Assembly: GCA_030141605.1 (NCBI GenBank)
Contig: JAQGDQ010000156.1
Coordinates: 62,001 to 126,000 of the forward strand
DNA length: 64,000 nt
Source of the DNA: Tubiluchus corallicola
Taxonomy: Eukaryota > Animalia > Priapulida
Direction of reading: 5' to 3'
Shown: positions 26,201 through 40,166 of the stretch, in pieces
How the letters are laid out: each line of letters opens with the position of its first letter
Numbering within the stretch: position 1 is the stretch's first letter
Notes under the pieces: generated by a model
Database searches by the model: none
What the model was told of the DNA's origin: nothing
Seen by the model: only the letters and a program-made list of their open reading frames with translations
Position numbers and translations under genes: made by a program

Positions 26201-29200
26201 CCGTAAAATCGTTGTTAAAATGAGTAACAGTGTGTAAGTAGGTCCATATAGATTATGTGTGATAATGACATAACCGACATAACGACGAAACAGATTATGA
26301 AGTGGATTTCGACATTAATGCATTTAAAACACTGTTCTTTTTCATAATTTGCGAAAAAAGATCAGTTGCTTTTAATAACAGTGAATACAGTAATCTGCTG
26401 AGGCACTGTAATTACCGTAAGTTCGGGTATTTATTACTACGATTATAAGATTGATTTTTTATTATTACAAAAACATTGAATATGTATGGCCTGCTGTTAA
26501 TTCTAATACACAATGCTTTTTGTATACTAAGTGTATTCAGTTGATTTAAATTATGCAGCGTTTTTCTTTGTCATCAATAACTTTTTCATAACTTTAAGCA
26601 CTGTTCTGTTTTGATACCAATTATTAAAACATACGTCGGCGTTCGATACACCGCCAGCCAAAAAAGAGTGGCATTATAGCTTGACACACTAAACGTGTAG
26701 ATGTGTACACAGTAGGAGGTGCTAGTTTTATAGAGAAGTAATTGAATTGCCCGTGAAGTAGTTTAATTTCCAAACTTTTGGTGTATATCATAATAATAAA
26801 CTTTTAAGCAATAAGTAATGATGCCTAAATAAATTGTACATATGTCCGGCATGAAGTTTTCGAATTCCCCAATAACTGCAAGTAGAACGTAATAATAAGC
26901 TAATTTTCAGTCGCGTGACTGAACGAAAACTACAAATCATGAGCTGAATGAAAACTTGTTGAATAGTTGCATTTTTATTACAGCTGGATTAGTATACAGA
27001 AATTGAATTGATAAGCCGACGCATGGCAAATACGAGAAAATACGTGTATACTCTCACTAACCCAGTTTCATTACACTCTACTAATCTGCAGTTGTAACTG
27101 TCCCGTGTTTCCAGTGGAGAAATACAATCAGCAACTTATCAACTTATTAGGCACCTAGCTGGATCTGATTACAGGTGCATTACAATAATTTACCTTTACA
27201 ATATAGCGTGAAATGCTTAACGTGAGTGGCGGTTCCAAACAACAAGGGAGCTAGAAGACGGTGGCACATCATATTATCAGAAATATTTTTTTTCAAATCA
27301 TTTGAAGTTCAGGCTGGACGTTAATGGCATGCAGAGTGTAATAACAAGTCTATAAACCGTATACGGCTAACTAAATCTGGTAAATTGTGACAAACTAATT
27401 TTATGTATAGTTACTTTATTGTAATTGCAGTACGAAATACGAATTTACATCATTCTTCATTCAGCAGATGAAAATATTCAAGCGTTAGTGTTAACCGCCC
27501 ATTTTGGCTCAACTAACCATTTGTCTCGTGATTTGTGACTCTTTTTTAGCCCTGCACTCGTTCGTGAAAGTGACATGGCGCTTAACTGCACAGCTATAAG
27601 CACCAAGAACATGTTTATGACCTATTTTATTGTCGATGACAAGTTTTAAAAAACGTGATAAAAATGTTGTGAACTTTAACAAAAACGTGTAAACCAGGAA
27701 GCGTTTTCCTGAATCTGCAGGTTGACCGTGGCCAGGCTTGCAGACCTCGTAGAATATGATTGTAACAATGCCACTAGCTCATTAGCAACGTTGAGAAACT
27801 AGAAGGCAATTAATTAATCAGTTTTAAATGAAATAAAGTTACTGTGTGTTTTATTCTGTGTGTCTTTGATTACAGTGTACGAACATAATGATTAAAAATT
27901 AGTGTTTTGTTTTGAATACGTTGTTTATGGACCAGGATTGTACGTTCATCCTACAGGTCAATAATTAATGTCAAAACTAATGTTAGGTTCTGTAGATTGT
28001 ATTAAACAAATTATAACAGTTAATGAAAAACTGATGATAACTGACGCTTCTCTACTCTTCTCGATTAATTATTTGTAGATTGTACTTTCCATGTGCTGTA
28101 ACAGCATGCTTGACTGTCTGATTGCATAATTTTTATTATCGTCCAAATTTTAATATTAATAACAACAATATTAGTAACTAAGGTTGTAATTATATCTCGT
28201 TTTCCCATTGGTGTGTTCAGCTTAGATGTTTTTAATGCATCTTAGAGCGAAGTCATGAATTCCCTGTAAGAAATTTGGTAACATAATCTAAATGTCAGAC
28301 ATTATTTAAACACGATAATGTCTAAATCTAAAAAAATGCATTCTGTACTAAGTTGTTTACGCCCACCATTATGATATTACATACATACCCTAGAAAATAT
28401 TATATGGATACCTTAGAAAAGCCCAAAATGAGATTAAAATTTTGTAAAATGCATTGAAATTTAATAATTTGATTGAATTTTGGATGATCAGAATAAAATT
28501 TTTGTACGTTCTAAAGTCATATCTAACTTTGTACTGGAAAGATAGCTCTCGAAATTCTATATAAAACCTTTTATAAAATTTAGAAAACAAGATTATGCTT
28601 AAATACATTATACGTACTTAATCAGTAAAGAGTAATCCCTCAAAACCTTCATGAATCCAACAAACATCGATCTCCGATCATGTTAATTTATCATAGCCTA
28701 GTGAATTTTCACTTTCAGTTAATTAAATTCAATTGAAAGTTGGATCGAACAGCCATAGAGTTACATTCTATTTTGATTTGCTGTACGAAGCAAAATAATG
28801 GTTTTTCATATTGTGGTACCCACTACCCACCCACATTTCAGACTTTTTCCGTCTGCAACCAGGCGTTGTTGTCTTGTTGCGGCATAGAAATCTTCTATAG
28901 CTATAGCACAATGGGTGCGTGCGCTAATCATAGGAAATCATCGTCACGTGAACAGTAATTTGCTAGCAACGTAGCCGTGCGGTTGTTTTCAATGTAGCAG
29001 TAGTCAGTTATTTTAGTGCTTTTCTCTTTCATACTTTAGGCCTAATGTTTAATGAGATTCTTTTAATTTATCTAACTTATGCCTGTGATGAGAAACTGCA
29101 TTTGTTTGTAGCAGCGCGTTGCTTAGTTAATTTGCGGGGTTTTGTCTATTTCTAAAACTATCAATCATTCTTCTACTGTAGTCTGTAGTATTACCAGGTA

Positions 29201-32200
29201 CTCTAACGTTTCTATCAAGTCAGTTCCAATCATTTATTTTTATCCCTGCCATAAAAACAAACACAAGTAATATCCATCTAAATGGGATGGGGTGGCGCAA
29301 AAACATAACATTGCTGAATCAGCCATCAATCAGTATGAATGACATACTACTATGCAGCTGACTTTTTCCCAAAGTGATAGAGTGGTACTTTGAAAATAAA
29401 GGCAATGATGACTGGGGTAATTAAGTATAATTCGGTGACCTGAACAGCCTGTCCTTTGGTCACAAACTAGATATCAGTGTGTTCGTAAGAATATTCAGGA
29501 GTAAGAACATACACAAATTAAATTATATGCCCTGGAAATCTACATCGATTAACTAAAACAATCTTACTTTCAGAAAAGAGACTAAGTCTTGCGAAATAGG
29601 ATAACCTTTCTGTGTTTCTTGTGGTACTGCTGTATAAGTTTCCACAAACAAATGATGTCAATGTCTTTTCAAAATTCAAATCTAATTACTAATGGTCAAA
29701 AATTTTTGTAATTATAAAATATTTTGTGAAGGTTCTTCTTCTTAAGTTAGGAAACTTTATACATCCCACTTAACTCATGATTCCTTGTACTTGAGTGGCT
29801 TTCCGTGAGATCATTGTTAAATTTACTCTAGGTCTGTAGTCTGTTAGAAACAAAGATTTAGCTAGATGTTAAATTGCTTTATGGATACTATGATCTGTCT
29901 CACTGAGCCACAACAGGAGGAGACAGTCTTTCAAATTTTTAGGATGGGTACTAGACCATTAAATTGTCCTAGTGTTTGTGGAAGTATCATTTATGAAATG
30001 CCAGTTAACTATGAGTACATGGGAAGCATTCGGGTTTGTGACAGTCTTCTTAGGATATATAGTATGTACATAATATTAATAAATTAGCATGAGTCATCAT
30101 ATTTGGAACCTTCTTCATAGTTCTTGTACTGCTTTTCACATCTATGAGATCCATCCACTAACTATGTAAACTTCAGAAAACTGACTAGAATGTAGGCCAT
30201 TTCTAAGTCTTTAACTGTTAAAGATTTGCCCTTCTTTCCAGTCATCACTATTTTGAATCATTCAGGAAGGTTTCCCCACCAGCATTGATTTGCACTACAA
30301 TTCAAAAACTGCAAGGGGCTTTGCAAACAAATTGTGCCGGATAGGGGCAAATTTTAGAGATATAGTCATCCAGTCAGTGACCTTGTGTAGGCCGCTTAAG
30401 GTCGGCAAAGCTAGTTTTCTGAAAAGATAAGTTTAAGAAGGCAAGTAAAAATTGAAAAGAGTTAGAATACCTTAGAATCAGAGTGAAAGCTGATCATTTT
30501 GCACTTCGATTTGCCAAATATATTATTGTCTTGTTTTTGCTGTGACGTGCAATGTTGCAGGACAGGGCCTGGCAGCCAATACCTGTTTTAACATTATGAA
30601 ATGTTTAAAAGTCATTGATATCTTAGCAGAGTCACTACCTATTCCAACTCCAGGAGGGCATTCAGGGTGACCTGTCTTATGCCTTGACAATGGCTGAGTG
30701 ACTTTCAGAATGACTGAGACATTCACATGCCAAAAACATTCATCATTTGTTTTGTTTATATATGCCTGGTATTACCTCCATGTGAAAATACAAACAATTC
30801 CTGCAATTAATTTATTATAATTGTTGACCTAGTTCTGACTCAGGAGTAAAAGAGCAGGGCAAAGATAAAACATTTAAGCTGATGTCCACCTTTCACTGCA
30901 AGACAGATATACTGACAGTTAGTTTTGGGGATGTTTAGATGGTTTATAATAAGAGACTGTCACAAAAAAGTGGCAGTACCTTGAAGCACAGCTGCATATT
31001 TAATGCATGGCAAACACTAGAGGTCATGTGTGTGGTGTATTAAGCGAGTAATGAACAGGTAAATTTTTTCACATTGACAATACTTGTAATTGTTAAAACT
31101 GCGCTGAATTTTGCATTGACAGCATTATGTTTGGTTTTTTTTTCATTGTAGGACATCGTTGTCAAAATGGAGCCACTTGTGTGTACCTGGGTCCTAGGCT
31201 GACAGACTACTACTGTTGTTGTGCGCCCGGATATGAAGGTTTGGAGTGTGCTCAAGAGATTGATGCGTGTGCTTCATTACCGTGCATTAATGGAGGCACA
31301 TGCAGAAAGAGGTCTCCTGGAGATTTCAGATGTGACTGTCCTTCTAAGTATGTACGATCTTTGACGTTTCTGCTCTTTAATGTAAGCCGGTTGACATAGC
31401 TAAGAATTTCTTTGTCTTTAAAAAAACAAGTGCGTCATTGTGCGATTGAGTATTTTGTGCTTGAATATTATCTGTTTAAATTAGGCCGAATTCAAAGCTT
31501 GGATTCCTTTTAACAAATACCTTTACTATGTAAATTGATTTTAACAAAAGAAAAATGTAGCCATAATATTCTACCTAAATTGCACCTTTTCTCCCAAGAA
31601 TTTAGATCAAGTTGCACTTAAACTCACGATCATTTTGAATAACTTGGATTTGAATGTAGGTGTAAATTATATCGTAACTTTTCGCTTTAAATTTGATTAA
31701 TAACTATGCAACATTGGTAACTATAAAGGATGTGCGAAGTCATGGGATGGTGTCACAAAAATTAATTGTCAAACAAAAGTTAGAATTGTCACTGTGAACT
31801 TATCTTTTTCAGAAATTTTGAGTTTAGTTAGAACTCTGATGTAAACCCTTTTTTTATTACGTTACTATTTTTCTGATTGGCACTTTTTTCATATAAGCCT
31901 GATAAAACAGAAGCAATTTTCCTGTTTAATTGCAAAGCATGTCATCAATGATCTTCACTCTGATGTTGTTTTTTCTATTATTCAGTTACTATGGACGACA
32001 GTGTGAACAAGATGCAACCTCTCTGTCATGCAACGACGCTCCATGTGAAAACAATGGCCACTGCACTGACACCAACAATGGTTTTAGGTGTCATTGTTTA
32101 CTTGAATACCAAGGCTTTACCTGTGCCGAAAAAATTACCTGTGTGGACGAACCATGTTTGAACGGTGGTACTTGTCAGGATGATGGCAGCGGCGGGTTTT

Positions 32201-35200
32201 TCTGCCATTGTGAATACAATTACAAAGGCCGGACTTGTAGCGAGCAGAAAACGTGTGACGACATTCCTTGTCGTTTTGGCGGCACCTGTCATCCTCACCC
32301 TACGCTAGGGTTCACATGCGAATGCGATGTGTATGTTAAAGGAAAGGCCTGTCATTTATCTACAACGTGTGAGGACAACCCTTGTGCGCCGTGGGCAGAA
32401 TGTGTTGATGATAATTTCCTAGGCTTTAGCTGCATATGTCCAGTAAATTATCAAGGGCCGCAGTGTTACGAATGTGCTCCAGGTTACGGTGGTGAACGAT
32501 GTGAAACCCAGTATCTAACCAGCACCATCAGCTTACCACGTCCAAACCGGGTCATAACTAGTTACTACACGAGCTATGTTACAGAACCTGCTCCTAGATT
32601 TGCCACTAGCTATTATACGATTTCGCCAGCTGAAAGAGTTGATCCGACTAGGTACATCACCAGCTATGTAACGAGCTTCATTAATCCACAAGCTGTGGAT
32701 CGGACTAGGTACATAACTAGTTATGTAACGAGCTTCATTAATCCGCAAGCTGTTGATCCGACTAGATACATAACTAGCTATGTTACCAGTTATCTTCCCG
32801 TCTCGCCAAATTATGTCACAAGTTACTATACTAGCTTCCTTGAACCAAAAGCGAGCATATACAATCCAAGTGGAGGCGGACTGCTTATTGATTTTTTAAA
32901 TCAAGGTGTTGGTCAACCTCAGGCCACTCCCACATTTGGAGTATCGTCCGCTACGCGGGTCTTTGAAAATATATTTGTAGCCCCGCCAGAAACAGGACCG
33001 CTGCTTGATTCTAAAGGTAAGGTCAGCGGGGACGTATTGCCTGGCGATTTGTTTGAACCCACCGATCCTCTAGATGCAAGGGAAGAGAAATACATTACCA
33101 GTACCATCGTAAGAGGTGGACAGACACAGTTAGTACTTCTTCGTGAAGAAGTGGAGACATACACTAGTTATAGAACTAGTCTTGCATATCCTGGTCAAAC
33201 TGCCCCATTCCTCTATTCAACAATACCTCTAACAAGCTACATTACCCGTACTTTGGATCCTATTTATCAGACTAGTTATATAACCCAGGAACATCCAGTG
33301 AGAAGTACCCGCTATTTTACCAGCACACGTACATATGGTGGTGGAATTCCTCCTGAACGAACAACCTTCTATTTGACCAGCACAGTTTCACCCCCACGCA
33401 GCACTCGTTACATAACCAGCACAATAACTTTGGACGAGCGTCCGTTTACCCCGCCAGTGAGCACGCAGTTTATTACGAGTACCGTTGCGCCACCTCGCAG
33501 TACACGTTACATCACTAGCACAATCACGCTCGATGCTGGAAGCGCACAAGTCAGATCCAGAGACGATGACACCTCCACAGCTGAACGAACTGTTAGGGAG
33601 CAGAGGTTTAGGACGCTGTACAGCACAGTTGATAGACCGGTACAGTTTGTGACGAGTACAGTTTCAGCAGCAGAAGTAGAACCTTCTCGAGTCACGAGGT
33701 TTGTTTGTTAAGTTATGTTGCCCTTATGTCGAACCTTAAATGATTCGAACTGACCTAAAATTATTTTCGAAAAAGAAAATGCCAGTGATTTATTTGTTAC
33801 AAATAGCCAGGCTGTATTGATTGTGTTTAAGTTCTGTATCTACAGTGTGTAACTAAAGAAATGCGTGCTTTTCACAGGGTGCTTACAAGCACAGTACAGC
33901 CAGATGCTGTCACTAGCTATTACACCACTACAGTTGCACCGGTGCCTCTGGCTACACCAACTTTAGAACCAAGCTTTTCGAGTGCTACTGACTTATTCTC
34001 CTCTGTGACACCTGACCTTGGTAAGTTGATGACTCCACACCCTAGTAACTGTCACTGATGCTGTCACTGGTGACTAACTGATTGGGCATGAGCTATAAAA
34101 ATGTTACAAAAGAGATTTTAATTTGCTTTCCTAGTTTGATTGATATTTTTGATGATCAAGTGTGTGGCTTTGTGAGTGAAACATAAACTAAACACTAATT
34201 AGGCATTCTGGTATTCACTTAATTTTTTATGCTTCCAGTAAGCATTGCTAATGAAGAACAGATGCTTATGGTTTATAAGGAATATTAGGTAATGTGATAA
34301 AGTAATGATTACTACCTTACTAGTCTAAACATGTATTGTCGCAGATTGATGTATTTTTTCTGTTGTATAATTGAAACACTTTGGTATGTGTAGGTCAACG
34401 TACACCAACTCCACCAGATCAGACTATTCGTGCAACTCCGACTCTACCTCCTAGGACCACTACTCCAGTATGTCTTGTTACGTTTTTAACTAACTTTGGA
34501 AATTTAGGATGTGGTAATCTGTATGTAGTGCACTATGCTCATTCAGTCAGAATACAGTATAACATAACTATAGCGAACAAGATTTATTGCGAACACACTG
34601 GTAATGCGAACTCACAAAAAAGAACGAACTTTCATCATTTATTTAACTAGTATATTAGCTTTGAATACAGCGTACTCGGTTATTACATATTGTGGACTTT
34701 TTGTCGGGCCTTATTGGCTGTATTATTATGTATTTGTAAGTTTTTATTGCATACTACTTTACCTTTGCCAGCCATTTCTAAATTAATTTACTGTTAAATT
34801 TTATCCACCATTCCTGGTGCTGCAAAAAATTGTTGGACATGCATCATGTGGAATTGTTAACATGCCATGTCAAAAGGTCATTTCGCGTACTAGCTGTATA
34901 AAAACAATGAGTCACTTAGCGGCTTGGCACCCCTGCTGTTTCATGTACCTGCACTGATAGCACACTGCTGAGGTAATTCAAGTGATGAATCTTACTGCAG
35001 TTACTTTGCTGCAATTTTTCAAATACCAGAGACAAACAAATTGAGTGACTTTTTTGAAGCTCAGTGTTTATATAGCCCCGGTGATTTACTGTACATGCTG
35101 TCAAAGTTTTTATGCTGCTGCGTGCATTAAACTAGTAATAAAATAATTATGCCCTCCACATTTTGAGTTATCATTGCATCTTTTTATAATGTGGAAATGT

Positions 35201-38200
35201 GTCCAGTCCGAACGTTTTATTTTAGGCAGTAATTCCACCACGGCCGTTTGTGATTCCCGGACTGGTACTTTACTTATCTGGCAACACCGCATTCAACTTT
35301 AGCATTCCTGATGTTATTGATCTAATTAAGAGAGGCTGGAAGATGGAAAACCCAGGTATTATGTCTACATGATCTCTATGATTACAATGTAAAATTACAT
35401 ATAACAGGTAGCATCAATTAGAATGCAATGTACAGGGTGTTGCAAAAGAACAGTTCAGCATAGATATGCTGATATGCTTACATTTCTACTGAAATGCAGA
35501 AAATCCCATGCATGTGGTGGGAAAATTGGAATTGCAAATTGTAATAATTGTATTTTTACATCATTATAATGTCACAAAGTGCAGAATTCCCCTGTAATGT
35601 TTTGTTATTTCATCAGCATGTCAGCTTACTACCACTGTACTGTTTCTTCTGCAACAACCTGTACAATGCTTGTTAGATGTGTGCATTCCCATCACTCATA
35701 ACACTCACAAAAACCATTTATGACACACTCACATAAGTTAAACAAAGAGCTTGCCAAGCTCAATTTTGAATATTACAAATGTGGTTGTGAGTGATGATGT
35801 TGATTACACATTTTCCACTTTATATTTTTTCAATTTACAAATAATTTTTTACATTTAACGTCATTGCTATTGCTATTTTGGTTTCAAATTTATAGCTTTC
35901 GTTACTTAGTGCTGACGTAACTGTAAAAACAGCGAAAAAATGAAAGCCTTTTAACAATATTTGTCGCTTTTAAATCTCTAGTTTAGCAACTGATGCTATT
36001 TTACTTTTCAGTCAACATTTTTGATAAATGCACATATTCAGTCCCGTTTTCTATGTACTGAATGATCTACTAGTTGTTTAATAAAGCCTTGTAATACTAA
36101 CAATTACATGTGCAAATACTGTGTGTCGTAGTAAGCGTGCTCAGTCATTTAGAACACGAATCTTGACCTTCGTATTTATCTTCACATCATACACACACAC
36201 ACGTGCAACTGTAAAACTGTAAACCTTGTTGGCTTTCATACAATTATCATCGCATTTGCATTAGTTCTAGAATTAACCGGTGGTGAATTGTATCGCATTG
36301 TTGTTTGACACTAATCTCTCTAGTCACAGTCATCATTCACTTGTTGTTTTGACATGTGCCTGGTGCAAATTAGCCTCATCATTATTTCCCTATCGTTTGT
36401 AATAAGTTTGGTATTATCTCATCTTCACAGAACTGTTATGATTGGCTGCATTTGAAAAATGTATGTCTTCATTTAATTGCTTCCTTAATTGCTTCCTAGC
36501 TAGATAAGTACAGTTGCCTGCCTTTGTACAACGTTATACTCTAAATGCTATCGTGTGTCCCATCCATTCTTTTATTTTGGCACAATAATATGTTACATTG
36601 GCTTAACATTTTACATTTTGAGATTACTTATTGACATTAGAATCTTCGCATTTCAAAATCCTAATAATAAAATCCACACTCTATTGCCAGATGCTCATAG
36701 ATACAGTACCTGCCACCATTTGAAATACCCCTTACCTGTATGCAGAACAGAGAGATCTAAGACAGTTTTATCTCATATGGCTTATTTAATTTCCAAACTT
36801 CAGTTTTGACTCATTTAATTTTAATTTATTGCATTCATGTATCTTGTAACAGTGTAATAGTACTTGTCACTGTATGTTCTACCATGCTTATTCTTTTTAA
36901 AATTTTTATATTGTAATTTTATGCTGTACTGTAATTCAATCTTTTGGATGTAATGATAATAAATAAACTTATTATGATTGGGCACTTACGTTCGTTTAGC
37001 ACGTATACATAGCTTGTCTAATAATCTTAAATATAATAATAATTTACTTATAGGTATAAAATTTACTTATTTCATGATTACACTCTACCAACATGCACAA
37101 AAGCAACACATACTGCATACTGTGTATATTGCGTGCGATGTGCGGTTCCATGTAACTTACTCTGTTTTTTTGCTCTTTTTGCTATTATTTGCATAGTAAT
37201 CAGTAAAAACGTCTTTGCTTGAAAAATCTTTCATCACACAATCATCAAATTTTGCTCTTAAACCTTATAGCTGCTGTACCGTAATGGTTCTTTTACAGTT
37301 TTGCAGTTTGGCCGCTTTGTGCCATTCGAGGTCGAGATAAATGAGGCGACGGATGGAGTTAACCCCAGAGGGTAAGCATTGCCTTTTACTAATGGCTAGT
37401 TAGTTTTCAAGTTGTCACTCTTAATCATGCGCTGAAATTTATGTACGTCGTTGTAACAGTGACAGTGAAACCTAGTTTCTAGGTTTCTAGCATTTTAGCA
37501 CGACTTAGTAGCTTAATCATAAATTCTTCAATTTTGTCCTGCTAGGGTAATTGGTGTAATTTATAAGGAATAAAGTTTAGGTGGTAATTTTTCTCATTCA
37601 CATCGACAGCTATTCATCTTTCACCGCGACACGCCCTTCCTACCGGTAGACTTGCAGTTAAATGGGTATTTATTATCACCTTTGTGCATTATCCCAGTGA
37701 CTGAATTCAGTGAATTGCATTTTTGGCCTTGCACGAGTACACAAGTACACAAACAAGCTATTTTTCTTTCGCATTCCCAGTATTGTCGCTTCCAAATTAT
37801 ACCTTAGCTTAGACAGCGTCAGTATTTTACTCAAGTATTGCTTACATTTTTCTTGGTTGAACGCTCGCGTACTGACTACCTTTTGATTCCGCAACAAAGA
37901 TGTTGTCACATCTTCAGCAAGTTATCTTAATAAAACAACGCTCCATGGAGTTGACCAGGGCATTAAAACCGGTCATTTTATCCCCAGGGGTTACGGTGTC
38001 CTGTGCACTTTGCTATTCATTGTACAGTAGCTTCTCAAGCTCAACTTTATAGGAGAATTTGAATGCTGAAAAGTTTTGTAACAGTTTTCTTCGTGTTTCA
38101 AACAACGATGCGATTGTTAAGAGATCTTACTGGCACACTTTTACGACTTACACTCATTGACCTTATTAATAGAACACTTCTTTTCATTGTAAGCGATTAG

Positions 38201-40101
38201 AGCGGCCTTAATGGAAGATTACCGTCTCAAGCAGATCAGGTTTTAAGGGGTCATGGTCAACAAGCCGCACAATCAAATCTCGGATAGCCTAAAAGTTGAT
38301 CTTTGCTCTGACACTATTATGAGTCATTTATGTAGAAACCTTCTAGAACATCTAGATCTTTCCAAGCATTGCATTCATGAAACCTAGATTAGTAAAACAC
38401 TTTTTGTCTAAACTTATTGTTTTACTAAGTCTTTGGTATGCAGTTATATATAACTGAATAATAATTACTTAAGCTGTAATTCAAAAGAAGTAGATGTCAC
38501 AGAATGTGATGCGTGGCTATTAAGTTTTAGTAATGAGTTAAATAAATTTTGTTCGTAAATTAGTAATACTACATGCAATCAATTGACAGAAAGCTGTGCA
38601 CAGATTTTATATAGCCTTGGATAGTTCAAAATGATGTAACATTTTGGTGTTGGTTTAGTTGCGAGGATCCGAAAAGAGATGCGGAAATTTTCAGTTGATT
38701 ACTCAAGTTATTTATCTTAAATAGAAAGACATTTTGTTGATATAGCTGAGTTGGTTTTTCCTCAAAGTTCATTCTACTAACTGTATATAGGGGGCTCTCT
38801 AGCAAGTATTATTGTACTGTTTCTCGCGAGTAGCGACAACTACGACTTAGCTGAACCACACTCCCAGTTCTATCTCTGCATCCGTAAGCACTTTTAGTCG
38901 GATAGGATGCCATGGTGTGGCTTTGCATTGCTTTGAGTACTTTTGATTAATCTATCGTAACATTATCTCCGTTTACTACTCTAGATTGTTGTTTTGATGG
39001 TGGGCGTCGGCCGTCGATACCCGGCGTCGGTATTTTTCTCTAACCTTGACTTGCAGATGATTGTGTTGTAATAACAGCCCGTTGGCTAGCTAACAATTCA
39101 TGATACGTATGTGTAAACACAACAAGAACAAATTGTATAGTATTTTGTAAGAAAATTGTACGTGATTTAGCAGTTGTAGGACATTTGTGTGATTCATTGA
39201 CAATTAACAAAACTCATGGCACTGTAGTCAAGCAAAGTATCAAAATAGTTAGTACACCAAAGACAAACTCTCAAATTGATGCTTGTGCTACTTAATATTG
39301 AAATTTATAGGTGAGAGAAACAGCCAAGCAGTCATGTTGTCTGCTTGACACTGAAGTTAATTAACATTGGGGCCAGCTAGTAAGTGGATGGATAAACCTT
39401 TTTTAGGCATGTAAAAATGACAGTTTCATCTAGTATCCTGCTTCTGACTGGTTCTTTTGTTGAAGAAAAGCTATAATCATCCGAATGTGGTTAAGACACC
39501 TCAGATGGTTCAGTATCTCATGTCGCAGAATCTTTAACAATCATCTAGGTTCCAGTTGTACCTCAGCATGACGTTAACTTACACGAAAGAATTGATATGG
39601 CAGAAATGTTTGCATTATGTGGCTTGTTCTTTACTGTTACTTGCGTTTCGCCAGTCCCAAATTAGATGGACACTAGTGCCTGCATCTCGGAAACAAGTTG
39701 CACAAAAAAACAGTTGTAGCACTTCTCACTTCAGACATTGTTCAGTTGTGATGTAGCACACTCGTTTGACCTGTGCATGAGCACACCGTTAAACTTGAAA
39801 TTTGAATTTTAAACTTGGACTTTTCGTATTTGTACTTCGGTTTTGTTTTTGCAAACACGTGCATCAAAGTCGTGGATCGTTTGTGCTCGTGAAAATTACT
39901 GTGACGTCATCACTAATTGGGCTCGCCTGCCGTTAATAACCTATTATTTCATTATCAGAAAATAGGTGTTAAAATGTACACTTTTTACTGTACTTAGAAA
40001 TGCAGTAGGATATGAAAAATCATCCTATGTTCCTTTAACTATCTAAAATACATGACATTTTTGACCATTGTAAATATGTTTTTATGCTGTCGCATTTACT
40101 T

Positions 40102-40166
<65 letters not shown>

